Positions 18,915-30,660 of a DNA stretch of 64,000 nucleotides are shown in pieces. A program made the translations under genes and the position numbers. The notes under the pieces are model-generated. The model did no database searches. It worked only from the letters and a program-made list of their open reading frames with translations, and had not been told where the DNA came from. The number at the start of each line of letters is the position of its first letter. Within the stretch, counting starts at the first letter, position 1. This DNA comes from an uncultured Verrucomicrobiae bacterium. Its GTDB lineage: Bacteria; Verrucomicrobiota; Verrucomicrobiia; Chthoniobacterales; UBA10450. Location: positions 64,001 through 128,000 of the forward strand of contig CAVSDR010000002.1 of the NCBI GenBank assembly GCA_963726745.1. Direction: 5' to 3'.

Positions 18915-19805
18915 ATGACCAGACCCAACCTTGAAGACCCGACGACGAAATATCCCCGGCCTCCTTTCCAAGAGCAAAAGCAGCCCTGGCCGGGATTAGC
19001 CGGCAAGATGGAGCCGCGGCCGGATCACGGCGAGGAGAGCTACCGCGGCTCGGGCCGGCTCCAGGGACGGAAGGCGCTCATCACCGGCGGCGACTCTGGG
19101 ATGGGGCGTGCAGCCGCGATCGCCTATGCGCGGGAAGGCGCAGACGTGGCGATCAATTATTTCCCGACCGAGGAGCCGGACGCGCAGGAGGTGATCGCGC
19201 TCATGAAAGAGGCGGGCGTCAAAGCCATCGCGCTGCCGGGCGATTTACGCGAGGAAGCGTTTTGCCGAAAGCTGATCGCCGATGCGGTCGAACAGCTGGG
19301 CGGGCTGGACATTCTCGTTTGCAACGCCGCGCGCCAGCAAACCGCGGAATCGATCCTCGATATCACCAGCGAGGAGTTCGACGCCACCATGAAGACGAAC
19401 ATTTATGCGCCCTTTTGGATGATCAAAGCCGCGCTGCCGCACTTACCGCCGGGATCATCGATCATCGGCACGACCTCGGAGCAAGCGTCCGATCCGTCGC
19501 CGGAACTTTACGATTACGCACAAACCAAAGCCGCGACGACGAACTACGTGAGGTCGCTGGCAAAACAGCTCGCCTCCAAAGGCATTCGCGTGAATGGCGT
19601 CGCGCCGGGGCCGATCTGGACGCCGCTGCAGGTGAGCGGCGGTGCGACGATGGAGAAGCTAAAGCAATTTGGCGGGCAGACGCCGCTGGGTCGCCCCGGA
19701 CAGCCCGTGGAGCTGGCTTCGATCTATGTGCAGCTGGCCGCGAATGACGCCAGCTACGCGACCGGCCAGGTCTACGGTGCAGCCGGTGGCGCCGGGCAAC
19801 CGTAG
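18915..19805 (+). CDS. Short-chain dehydrogenase/reductase (YghA/YhxC-like)
   Basis: PDHGEESYRGSGRL, ITGGDSGMGRA, YAQTK catalytic motif, VAPGPIWTPLQ. Confidence 0.92.
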   Translation: MTRPNLEDPTTKYPRPPFQEQKQPWPGLAGKMEPRPDHGEESYRGSGRLQGRKALITGGDSGMGRAAAIAYAREGADVAINYFPTEEPDAQEVIALMKEAGVKAIALPGDLREEAFCRKLIADAVEQLGGLDILVCNAARQQTAESILDITSEEFDATMKTNIYAPFWMIKAALPHLPPGSSIIGTTSEQASDPSPELYDYAQTKAATTNYVRSLAKQLASKGIRVNGVAPGPIWTPLQVSGGATMEKLKQFGGQTPLGRPGQPVELASIYVQLAANDASYATGQVYGAAGGAGQP

Positions 19806-19857
19806 CGCGCGCCCCAAATCGTTTGCGTTCGGCGGAGCGCTGTCCCATTGATTCGCG

Positions 19858-21228
19858 ATGAGCGCCGAGAAGCAGCCGACCGACCCGCAGCGGATGGAAC
19901 GAATCGTGAGCCTGTGCAAGCGGCGCGGGTTCATCTTCCAGGCAGGCGAAGTTTACGGCGGGCTCAATGGCGTCTGGGACTTCGGCCCGCTGGGCGCCGA
20001 GCTGAAGCGGAACCTGAAGGACTATTGGTGGCGCACGATGGTGCGCGAGCGCGAGGACGTGGTCGGGCTCGATGGCTCAATCCTGACGCACCCGGCGGTG
20101 CTCAAGGCCAGCGGGCATGTGGATACTTTCAGCGATCCGATGGTCGATTGCCGCACCTGCAAGGCGCGGCTGCGGGCGGACCAGATTCCCGAAAAGCATG
20201 GCGCCAAACAGTGCCCGCATTGTGGCGGCCAGGACCTGACGGAAGCGCGCCCGTTCAATCTCATGTTCTCCACGCAAATGGGCGCATCGGCCGATCCGGA
20301 GTCGATCGCTTATCTGCGCCCGGAGACGGCGCAGTCGATCTTCGTCCAGTTCCGCAACGTCCTCGACACCTCGCGCAAGAAGTTGCCGTTTGGGATCGCG
20401 CAGATCGGGAAAGCGTTTCGCAACGAAATCAATCCGCGCAATTTCATCTTCCGCTCGCGCGAGTTCGAGCAGATGGAGCTGGAGTATTTTTGCGCGCCGG
20501 AAGATGGCGCGAAGTTGCTCGATTACTGGCTCGAGGAACGGCTGAAGTTTTACGAGAACATCGGGATTCCGCGCGCGAAACTGCACGTGCTCACGGTGCC
20601 GGAGGCAGACCGGGCGTTTTATAGCAAGGGCACCTACGACATCGAATACGCCTTCCCTTTCGGCGTGCAGGAACTCGAAGGCGTCGCCTACCGGACCGAC
20701 TACGATTTGACCCAGCATCAAAACGGGAGCGGCAAGCCGCTGGATTATTTCGACGAGGAAAACAAACAGCGCTTTGTCCCGCACGTGGTTGAGCCAAGTG
20801 CCGGAGTCGATCGCACGCTGCTCGCGCTTATCTGCGAAGCCTACGACGAGGAAACGGTCACGGACGAGAAGGGCAAGGCCGAGACGCGCACGGTCATGCG
20901 TTTCCATCCGCGGATGGCGCCGATCAAAGTGGGCGTCTTTCCGTTGCTCAAGAACAAGCCGGAACTGGTCGCGAAAGCGCGCGAAGTGCACGACCTGCTG
21001 AAGCGCCACATGATGTCGTTCTATGATGAGAGCGGCGCGATCGGGCGGCGCTACCGCCGGCAGGACGAAGCGGGCACGCCCTTTGGCCTAACGATCGATT
21101 TCGAAACGCTCGGCGAACGTGGCGATGAACTGCGCGACACCGTGACCTTGCGGCATCGCGATTCGATGAAGCAGGAGCGGGTAAAAATAGCCGACCTCCT
21201 GGGGATGCTCCTGCCGCAGGTGGTGTGA
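19858..21228 (+). CDS. glyQS: Glycine--tRNA ligase (homodimeric type)
   Basis: SLCKRRGF, LRPETAQ, GKAFRNEINP..FRSREFEQME, IGRRYRRQDEAGTPF. Confidence 0.96.
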   Translation: MSAEKQPTDPQRMERIVSLCKRRGFIFQAGEVYGGLNGVWDFGPLGAELKRNLKDYWWRTMVREREDVVGLDGSILTHPAVLKASGHVDTFSDPMVDCRTCKARLRADQIPEKHGAKQCPHCGGQDLTEARPFNLMFSTQMGASADPESIAYLRPETAQSIFVQFRNVLDTSRKKLPFGIAQIGKAFRNEINPRNFIFRSREFEQMELEYFCAPEDGAKLLDYWLEERLKFYENIGIPRAKLHVLTVPEADRAFYSKGTYDIEYAFPFGVQELEGVAYRTDYDLTQHQNGSGKPLDYFDEENKQRFVPHVVEPSAGVDRTLLALICEAYDEETVTDEKGKAETRTVMRFHPRMAPIKVGVFPLLKNKPELVAKAREVHDLLKRHMMSFYDESGAIGRRYRRQDEAGTPFGLTIDFETLGERGDELRDTVTLRHRDSMKQERVKIADLLGMLLPQVV

Positions 21229-21578
21229 TGCAGGCGGATAATTTCCGCGAGTATTGCCTGGCGAAACCAGGCGCGACCGAGGAGATGCCGTTCGGGCCGG
21301 ATAACATCGTTTTCAAGGTAGGCGGCAAGATGTTCGCGCTCCTGCCATTGGATGAGATTCCGCCCTCGGTAAACTTGAAGTGCGATCCCGATCGGGCGCT
21401 TGAATTACGCGACCGCTTCGAGGAGGTGCAGCCGGGTTATCACATGAACAAGCGGCACTGGAATACCGTGCAAATTTCTGGAGCGATCCCGGAAAGCGAG
21501 CTGCGGGCGATGATCGACCACTCCTACGAGTTGGTCGTGGCCAGCTTGCCGAAGGCGGCGCGTGAGCGGCTCGGCTAG
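21228..21578 (+). CDS. MmcQ/YjbR family DNA-binding protein
   Basis: PFGPD..VFKVGGKMFA, NLKCDP, PGYHMNKRHWNTV, IDHSYELVV. Confidence 0.92.
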   Translation: MQADNFREYCLAKPGATEEMPFGPDNIVFKVGGKMFALLPLDEIPPSVNLKCDPDRALELRDRFEEVQPGYHMNKRHWNTVQISGAIPESELRAMIDHSYELVVASLPKAARERLG

Positions 21579-22387
21579 CTGACTTTGCGCAGCTGCACTT
21601 CGCCGATCTCGAGCGCAAGCGCGGCGTGCGCGATCTCGAGAAAAGCGTCCGGCGGATCCGTGAGCGCAACCTGCAATTTGCCCTCGCCCGCGGGCGCCTC
21701 CAGGCCTTCGCGGCCTAACAAGTCGTGCACGGCGCGGGCGCAATTCTCGGCGGAGTCGACCAGCGTGATCGCGCTGCCTAAAAGCCGTCCGATCGCGGGA
21801 CGGAGCAGGGGATAATGGGTGCAGCCGAGGACAAGCGTGTCGATCCCGTCGTCCAGTAGCGGCTGCAAGTATTGCCGGAGAATTTCGTCGGTCACTGCGC
21901 GGTCGAGCCAACCTTCCTCGATCAAGGGCACAAGCAGCGGGCAGGCCCGCGCGGTCACCCGCACGCCAGGGTTAAGCGCGCGAAGCGCACGTTCGTAGGC
22001 GCCACTTTTGATCGTGGCGCGCGTGCCGATGACGCCAATGTGCTGGTTGCGCGTAGCCGCGATCGCGGCCTGCGCGCCGGGTGCGATCACGCCCACGACC
22101 GGCACCGGCAAAGTCGTCTCCAAAACTGCCAGCGCATTGGCGGAAGCGGTGTTGCAGGCGACCACGATCGCCTTGGCCTGCTCGCCCAAGAGCAGCGCGG
22201 CGATCTCCTGGCTGTAACGCTGGACCGTGCTCGGGCTTTTCCCGCCATACGGGACCCGGGCGGTGTCGCCTAAATAATAAATCGACTCGTTAGGCAAGGC
22301 CCGCCGCAGGGCGCTGACGACGGTGAGCCCGCCGATGCCGGAATCGAACACGCCGATCGGCCGGGCATCGTGCCTACGGTCCGGCAT
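21575..22387 (-). CDS. murI: Glutamate racemase
   Basis: IGVFDSGIGGLTV, DTARVPYG, ACNTAS, LGCTHYP. Confidence 0.96.
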   Translation of the reverse strand: MPDRRHDARPIGVFDSGIGGLTVVSALRRALPNESIYYLGDTARVPYGGKSPSTVQRYSQEIAALLLGEQAKAIVVACNTASANALAVLETTLPVPVVGVIAPGAQAAIAATRNQHIGVIGTRATIKSGAYERALRALNPGVRVTARACPLLVPLIEEGWLDRAVTDEILRQYLQPLLDDGIDTLVLGCTHYPLLRPAIGRLLGSAITLVDSAENCARAVHDLLGREGLEAPAGEGKLQVALTDPPDAFLEIAHAALALEIGEVQLRKVS

Positions 22388-23495
22388 TGATGGAGATGGA
22401 AGGGGTTTGCGCCGGGCGCTCCGCCGGCGGCTCGGGAGCGCGCAGCGGCTCGGCAATGGAACGGCGGTGAAGCGGCAAAGTCATGCGCACGGCGGCGAAG
22501 GTGGCATTGGAAGCGCGGTAGTTCACGGCCGCATTGTAACTTTGCACGCCCTGGGCAATGGCGGCGCCGAGCTGCTGACGATATTGCGCGGTCGCGATCC
22601 GCATTCCCTCGGTGGGATCGTTGAGAAACCCGGCCTCAAGGAGAATTGCGGGGAGGTGCAGATTGCGCAGGACCTTGAAGCGCGCGTGCCGGACGCCGCG
22701 ATCATAGGCGGCCACTTTCGAGAGCACACTGGCATGGACCGCGGCCGCGAGGGCGATGTTCTGGCTGTCCTGGAGGTTGCCGGCATCAGGCTCATTCTCG
22801 TTTGCGGCCGCGTGGTGCTCGCCGCCGGTGGCCGCATTCGAGGGCACGCCCTCGGGCGCAAGCGCGTAACTTTCCACGCCGGCCCCGCCGCTTCCGGAGT
22901 TGAAATGGATGCTCACATAGACAGCATTTTGGAAGCGGTTCGCGAACGCGATCCGATTCTCGAGCGAAACCAGGTTGTCCCCAGCGCGGGTCATCTCGAC
23001 CTTAAAGCCGGCGCGCTCGAGCTCCCGGCGCGCGTGCCAGGCCACATCGAGCGCGAAACTTTTCTCGCTGCCCCAGCGGCTCGAGGTGCCCTGGTCCATC
23101 CCGCCGTGGCCGGGGTCGAGGATCACCGTCTCGACCGGCTGCGCGTTCTCGATGCGGCTCGGCCGCAGAACTGGCTCGATAATTTTGCCGACATCCGTCG
23201 CGGAAATAAGCTGGCCTTCGCTCCGCTCGAGCAACGGGTAATGCGTGAAGAAGCGCACTCCGTTAATGAAGATGTCGCTGGTGCCGACTTGCGCGCGGAT
23301 GGTGCGATGCTCGCCGCGCAGGGAGATGGTGCGATTGCCGTGGCTGTAATCGGGGAAGCGATAGAACTCGGCCACGTTCTGGAAGCTGACGTAATCGCGA
23401 CCATTGTATTTCAGCACCTGCCACTCCGCGGCCCGGGCCGGCAGGGCCAGCGCGCCGGCGAAAACAAGCAGCAAGATGTGGAGCCCAGCCTTCAA
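22374..23495 (-). CDS. N-acetylmuramoyl-L-alanine amidase (Amidase_3)
   Basis: Signal peptide; VILDPGHGG, SEKSFAL, VSIHFNS, AILLEAGFL; TTG start at 23495 is inferred. Confidence 0.9.
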   Translation of the reverse strand: MKAGLHILLLVFAGALALPARAAEWQVLKYNGRDYVSFQNVAEFYRFPDYSHGNRTISLRGEHRTIRAQVGTSDIFINGVRFFTHYPLLERSEGQLISATDVGKIIEPVLRPSRIENAQPVETVILDPGHGGMDQGTSSRWGSEKSFALDVAWHARRELERAGFKVEMTRAGDNLVSLENRIAFANRFQNAVYVSIHFNSGSGGAGVESYALAPEGVPSNAATGGEHHAAANENEPDAGNLQDSQNIALAAAVHASVLSKVAAYDRGVRHARFKVLRNLHLPAILLEAGFLNDPTEGMRIATAQYRQQLGAAIAQGVQSYNAAVNYRASNATFAAVRMTLPLHRRSIAEPLRAPEPPAERPAQTPSISINAGP

Positions 23496-23564
23496 GCGCG
23501 GGCACCCTACCAGCCTTCCCGGCAATTTGCATTCAAGGCCGTCGCTCTCGATGATTGCCTCCCT

Positions 23565-26174
23565 GTGGCCGAACTTTCCAAGACCTACGATCCCACCGCG
23601 GTGGAGCCAAAGTGGTATCAGCGCTGGCTGGACCGCGGCGATTACCGCGCGGACGCGCATTCGCCGAAGCCGGCGTTCTCGATCGTCATCCCGCCGCCGA
23701 ACATCACCGGCATGCTCACTCTGGGCCACGTGCTCAACAACACCATCCAGGACATCCTCGCGCGGCGGGCGCGCATGACCGGGCACGAAGTGCTCTGGCT
23801 TCCGGGAATGGATCACGCAGGCGTGGCCACGCAGACCGCGGTGGAGAAGCACCTTTGGAAGACCGAGAAGAAAGCGCGCCGGGAGATCGGGCGGGAGGAA
23901 TTTCTCCGCCGCGTAGTCGAGTGGCAGGATAAGCACGGCGGGATCATCATCGAGCAGCTGAAACGCCTGGGCGCTTCCTGCGATTGGTCCCGGCAGCGCT
24001 ACACGCTCGACCAGGATTACCTGCGCGCGGTCCAGCAGGTCTTCGTGGACCTTTACGCGAAAGGATTGATCTATCGCGGCCGGCGCATGATCAACTGGGA
24101 TCCGGCAGCCTTGACCGCGCTCTCCGACGAGGAAGTCATCCCGACAAAACAAAAGGGCAGCCTCTACTACGTGCGCTACGAGCTGGTCGATGAGCCCGGG
24201 CGTTTCCTCGAGGTCGCGACCACGCGGCCGGAGACGATCATGGCCGATGTCGCCCTGGCGGTGCATCCGCAGGATCCACGTTACCAGGACTTGTTAGGCA
24301 AAATGGTCTGGCGCCCGCTGGATCGCGCGCAGATCCCGGTGATCGGCGACGAGGTGATCGACCGCGAGTTTGGCACCGGCGTGCTCAAGGTCACCCCGGC
24401 GCACGACAAAGTGGACTTCGAAATCGGCCAGCGGCACCAGCTTCCGATCATCGAGGCGCTGCACCCCGACGGCCGGATCCATGCCCCCGGCGTGCCGGAG
24501 CTGGACGGGGTCGAGCGCTTCGCCGCGCGGAAATTAGCCGGCGAGATGCTGGCCGCGCAGGGCTCGTTAGGCCGGGAGGAGCCGTATGAAAATACCGTCG
24601 GCTTTAGCGAGCGCGCGGGCGTGCCGATCGAGCCGCGCTTGAGCGAGCAATGGTTCCTGCGTTATCCGAAAACCGAGGAAGCGCTCGCGGTGGTGCGCGA
24701 ACACCTGGTGCGTTTTTTCCCGGCGCACTGGGAGAAGGTCTACGCGCAATGGCTGGAGAAGATCCAGGATTGGTGCATCAGCCGGCAGGTTTGGTGGGGC
24801 CATCGCATCCCGGCTTGGTATGGCGACAACGGCGAGATCCGCGTGCAGCTCGAATCGCCCGGAAGCGGTTGGCGGCAGGATGAGGATACGCTCGACACCT
24901 GGTTTTCCTCCTGGCTCTGGGCCTACGAGACGATGGACCCGGAGACGCGGGCGAAATTTTACCCGACCTCGGTGCTGGTGACCGCGCCCGACATCATCTT
25001 CTTCTGGGTCGCGCGCATGATCATCGCCGGGCTCGAGTTCCAGCCGGGGAAAGATGCCAGCGTCGAGGCCAACATCCCGTTTCGCGACGTCTTCTTCACC
25101 GGACTGATCCGCGACCCGAAGGGCCGGAAAATGTCGAAGTCGCTGGGTAATTCACCCGATCCGCTGGAGCTGATGGCGCGCTTCGGCGCGGATGGTTTGC
25201 GCTTCGGGCTGATGCGGATCGCGCCCAGCGGGCAAGACATTCGCTTCGACGAAAAGCAGATCGAGGAAGGCCGGAATTTTGCCACCAAGCTCTGGAACGC
25301 GGCGCGTTTCCGCCAGATGCACGGGCCGAGCGAAGCCGCGCCGGACCTCGGTGCGCATCGGCTTTCGATCTACGCCACGGAGGTGCTGGCGCGGTTGAAT
25401 GAAACCATCGCAACGGTCGCGGCGGCTTACGAAGGCTATCGCTTCAACGAAGTGGCGCAGGCGCTCTACGATTTCTTTTGGAACGACTACTGCGACTGGT
25501 TCGTGGAAGCGTCGAAGACGGAAATCTTCAGCGAAGATCCGGCGCGGAAAGCCTCGACGCTCGCGGTGATGGATCACGTCCTCTCCGCGGTCTTGCGGCT
25601 CCTGCATCCGCTCATGCCGCACATCACCGAAGAGCTTTGGTCGGTGCTCGCGCTCGGCGGGGAGACGATCCAGTTCCAGGCGCCTCCGAGGGCGCTGGAG
25701 AATTTAGACAGCAACTTCCGCGGTCGCGTGGCCGCGGTTTACGACACCGTGCGCGCGGGGCGTAACCTGCGCGCCGAGACGGGCGTGGCCTCGAACAAGA
25801 AAGCGCAGTTTGTCCTGCGCACTTCGGTCGACTGGCTCGCGGCGGAATTGCCGACGCTTTCACGCCTCTTGAACGCCGAGGAGATCGTGTGCGACGCCCA
25901 TTTCCAGGCGGAAAGCGGGATGCCGCTGGCGCCGACGCCGCTGGGTCAATTGCACCTGCGGATCGCCGCGAGCGACAAGGCCGCGGAGCGCGAACGCCTC
26001 GAGAAAGAGATCGCGAAAATCCAGGAGGAACTGCGCACGGTGAACATGAAGCTGGCGAATTCCTCCTTCATCGACCGCGCGCCCGCGGCGGTGGTCGAGG
26101 AGCATCACCGCCGAAAGAAAGACTTCGCGGAAAAGCTGGCCACGCTCACGCAAGCGCGCGCGGCCATGGAGTGA
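23565..26174 (+). CDS. valS: Valine--tRNA ligase
   Basis: PPPNITG..LGH, ATTRPET, DWCISRQ, KMSKS, C-terminal coiled coil; GTG start at 23565. Confidence 0.96.
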   Translation: MAELSKTYDPTAVEPKWYQRWLDRGDYRADAHSPKPAFSIVIPPPNITGMLTLGHVLNNTIQDILARRARMTGHEVLWLPGMDHAGVATQTAVEKHLWKTEKKARREIGREEFLRRVVEWQDKHGGIIIEQLKRLGASCDWSRQRYTLDQDYLRAVQQVFVDLYAKGLIYRGRRMINWDPAALTALSDEEVIPTKQKGSLYYVRYELVDEPGRFLEVATTRPETIMADVALAVHPQDPRYQDLLGKMVWRPLDRAQIPVIGDEVIDREFGTGVLKVTPAHDKVDFEIGQRHQLPIIEALHPDGRIHAPGVPELDGVERFAARKLAGEMLAAQGSLGREEPYENTVGFSERAGVPIEPRLSEQWFLRYPKTEEALAVVREHLVRFFPAHWEKVYAQWLEKIQDWCISRQVWWGHRIPAWYGDNGEIRVQLESPGSGWRQDEDTLDTWFSSWLWAYETMDPETRAKFYPTSVLVTAPDIIFFWVARMIIAGLEFQPGKDASVEANIPFRDVFFTGLIRDPKGRKMSKSLGNSPDPLELMARFGADGLRFGLMRIAPSGQDIRFDEKQIEEGRNFATKLWNAARFRQMHGPSEAAPDLGAHRLSIYATEVLARLNETIATVAAAYEGYRFNEVAQALYDFFWNDYCDWFVEASKTEIFSEDPARKASTLAVMDHVLSAVLRLLHPLMPHITEELWSVLALGGETIQFQAPPRALENLDSNFRGRVAAVYDTVRAGRNLRAETGVASNKKAQFVLRTSVDWLAAELPTLSRLLNAEEIVCDAHFQAESGMPLAPTPLGQLHLRIAASDKAAERERLEKEIAKIQEELRTVNMKLANSSFIDRAPAAVVEEHHRRKKDFAEKLATLTQARAAME

Positions 26175-26868
26175 AGACCACGCGGTGGTGATCGATGGTC
26201 GCGCCGCGCTCGAGGAAAAACGCCCGCAGCTCCGGGGTGAAATAACCGTAGCCCTCCGGGTTTAATTCCAGCCAAAGCTTGCCGCCTGTTTTCATGCGGC
26301 TGGCGACGTCGTCGAGGAAGAACGACCACTCCTCCGGCCCCCAGACATCGGGGCGATGGTGGTTGTTGAAACAGATCATGTAGGCCGTGACCACGTCGAA
26401 GCGCGCGCCGAGATCGGGCAGGGGAGTGAATGGCGCGATCCGCCAGACTTTGCGCGGGACGCCGAGCGCGCGCGAGAGGTCGGTGAACATGGGCAGCTCA
26501 TCGATGTCGAGTCCGAGGACGTCGTGCCCGAGCCACCGGCAGATCCAGAGAAAATAGCCGACGCCCATGCCGAGATCGAGCACGCGGCGGCGCGGCCCGA
26601 AGTCGAGCTCGAGCTCGCGCACGCGGCGAAGATTGACCTTCAGCCAATGCGCGAGATCGACGTATTTGCGCGAGGTTTTGCCGGGATTCGCCTCGCGATA
26701 GCGGGCGGCGAGCGCGGGAAATTCCGTCTGCTCGATCTCCCGCTGCAGGAGCTCCGGCGTAAGCCGCGCGACGAAGCGGCGCGGGCGAAAGGTGCGCGCG
26801 GTGCGCCGGCGCGCGCTGGTGAAGGCGCGAGGCGTGGCGGCTTTCAAGAGCTTGTCGAGCAGGCGCAA
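26146..26868 (-). CDS. Class I SAM-dependent methyltransferase
   Basis: RVLDLGMGVG motif I, GLDID, FDVVTA. Confidence 0.8.
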   Translation of the reverse strand: MRLLDKLLKAATPRAFTSARRRTARTFRPRRFVARLTPELLQREIEQTEFPALAARYREANPGKTSRKYVDLAHWLKVNLRRVRELELDFGPRRRVLDLGMGVGYFLWICRWLGHDVLGLDIDELPMFTDLSRALGVPRKVWRIAPFTPLPDLGARFDVVTAYMICFNNHHRPDVWGPEEWSFFLDDVASRMKTGGKLWLELNPEGYGYFTPELRAFFLERGATIDHHRVVFTPWPRALA

Positions 26869-26957
26869 GCCGTATCGCTACGAGGCGCCCTCCGGCGCGT
26901 CAACCAAGAGCGCTCTGGTCGGGCGCGGGTGCTTTGTGTAATTTCCCGCGCGTCGCC

Positions 26958-28976
<2,019 letters not shown>

Positions 28977-28991
28977 TCGGGCGGCGAGGGA

Positions 28992-29444
28992 CTAGCGACG
29001 GTGGAGCGGCACGGCGATTTCTTCATCGCGGCGGCCGAGCACGACCTGGCCATCCTCGATCGCCTTGACCGTCATCTGGAAGGTCTGGTTGCCGAGTTGC
29101 AAGCCGAAGACCTGGCCTTCGCTCATGACTTTGCCGTTGATAATCGCGTAGCGGCCGGAAGCGTCGACGGTGATGGAGCTGACGACAAAAGCCTCGGGCG
29201 AGATATCGGGGCCACTATGGTCGTTTGGGTTGGCCGCGGCGTTTGCTTTGGCGGCCGGCTTCCAGCCGATCGGCCAGAAGGGATTGCGGCCGCTTTCACC
29301 GAGCTCGAAGGAGGAGCGGTGCTTCAGCTCGAGCGGCGGCGTCTCGGATTTGCCGGCCTCTTCGGCGGCGGGAGTCTCGGAGGCAGCGCCGGCGCAGGCG
29401 AGGCCGAGGCAAAGGGTGAGGAGGCTGAGGGAGAAAACTTTCAT
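28992..29444 (-). CDS. Secreted protein, PilP/GspC-like last gene of the pilMNO block
   Basis: Signal peptide; RNPFWP motif and AIINGK beta-domain typical of PilP-like proteins; ATGA overlap with the upstream gene. Confidence 0.55.
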   Translation of the reverse strand: MKVFSLSLLTLCLGLACAGAASETPAAEEAGKSETPPLELKHRSSFELGESGRNPFWPIGWKPAAKANAAANPNDHSGPDISPEAFVVSSITVDASGRYAIINGKVMSEGQVFGLQLGNQTFQMTVKAIEDGQVVLGRRDEEIAVPLHRR

Positions 29445-30010
29445 CGCTTCAAGATGGCGGTGTTGGCCATGAGGGTGACCTGCTGGAACTCGGGGTTTTC
29501 GTTGACCGGACGGATGGTGACGTGGCTGACGTAGAGCAGGGGCTCGGAATTTTCCAGCTCGGCAATGGCTTTGCCTAACGAGGCGTAGTCCACCTGCGGA
29601 AGTTCGACCGTCCAGGAGTAGCGATTCCAATTGGCCAGCTCGGCCTCGGGGTAAGACGAAGTGTTGGCGAGGCGGGCCGAGGCTTTGTCGATCTCCTTTT
29701 GGGCGAAGAACGCTTTCAGGTGCGGCGGGAACCAGGCAATGGGCGCGCCTTCGGGAGAAAGTTTCTCGAAGAGGGCGTAGCGGGTGGTCGCGGCGCTGGC
29801 TTCGGTCTCGAGCCGGGTGGCCTTGGAGATATTCGTCTTCGAGGAAGCGAGCTTGCCCTGGAGATCTTCGATCGATTTTTCGACCGTGGCCCGGGTCTTG
29901 GCGAGCGGGGCGAGGAAGAAATTCAGGTAAACGTAGATCAGGACGATGAAGCCCATCCCGCTAAGGACGATTTTCTGGAGCTGGTCTTTGCTGAGCTTTG
30001 ATTTGGTCAT
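29441..30010 (-). CDS. PilO-like type IV pilus/T2SS inner-membrane assembly protein
   Basis: N-terminal TM, coiled coil, ferredoxin-like C-terminus (YASLGKAIAELEN); position after PilN-like gene. Confidence 0.65.
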   Translation of the reverse strand: MTKSKLSKDQLQKIVLSGMGFIVLIYVYLNFFLAPLAKTRATVEKSIEDLQGKLASSKTNISKATRLETEASAATTRYALFEKLSPEGAPIAWFPPHLKAFFAQKEIDKASARLANTSSYPEAELANWNRYSWTVELPQVDYASLGKAIAELENSEPLLYVSHVTIRPVNENPEFQQVTLMANTAILKR

Positions 30011-30651
30011 CGCTTGGTGCGGGGGGCTGGAGTGGGAGTAGGGGCGGCGCCAGCCTGGCTGAAGGTGGCGGTGAGGGTGAAGTGGGCCATGGCCATGTTC
30101 GCGCCCGAGACTTTGACGATCGTGTCGAGGTCCTCGAGGACGCGGAACTCGACTTTCACCGCGGTGTAATCCTGGGCGAATTGCTCGTTCAAGAGTTGGC
30201 GCAATTCCTCGGCCGCAGCGCGCGGCTCGCGCCCGGCAGCGGTGCCTTCGACCGTGAGGGTGACGGTGTGATTGTCGTCACTGACGACGCCGTCGATCGC
30301 GGTGAGCTGGACATTCGGGGCGACGCAACGCGAAACGCGCTGGAGGATGGGGCCCCAGTAGAAGCGGCCCTCGATGATCTGGTCGAGCACCTTGGTGGTG
30401 CCGATGATGCTGGTTAATTCCGTGGAGCGCTTCTGCGCGGCGGTCACTTTTGGTTCCACCTGGCTCCACTGCCGCTGGACGTCGGCCAGGCGGTGCTTGA
30501 CCTCGAGCGTCTGGTAGCCGCGGATCATGTAAAAGCCAACCATGACCACGCCGATGGCGACCGCGGCATACATGCTGAGCTTGAGCGGGTCGCGTTGCCG
30601 CTGCCGCTTTTCGGCGATCTGCTCGTGAAGGAGATTGAGTTGGAGGGGCAT
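30007..30651 (-). CDS. PilN-like assembly protein
   Basis: N-terminal LNLL (INLL-type PilM-binding motif), TM, coiled coil, TVEGTA. Confidence 0.7.
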   Translation of the reverse strand: MPLQLNLLHEQIAEKRQRQRDPLKLSMYAAVAIGVVMVGFYMIRGYQTLEVKHRLADVQRQWSQVEPKVTAAQKRSTELTSIIGTTKVLDQIIEGRFYWGPILQRVSRCVAPNVQLTAIDGVVSDDNHTVTLTVEGTAAGREPRAAAEELRQLLNEQFAQDYTAVKVEFRVLEDLDTIVKVSGANMAMAHFTLTATFSQAGAAPTPTPAPRTKR

Positions 30652-30660
30652 GACGGAGAT

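Noticed and set aside
22323..24266. Long N-terminal extensions of valS (1283 aa) and the amidase (630 aa) overlapping each other
   Set aside because: These are antisense read-through in GC-rich DNA; the real genes are divergent, with starts near 23565 and 23495.
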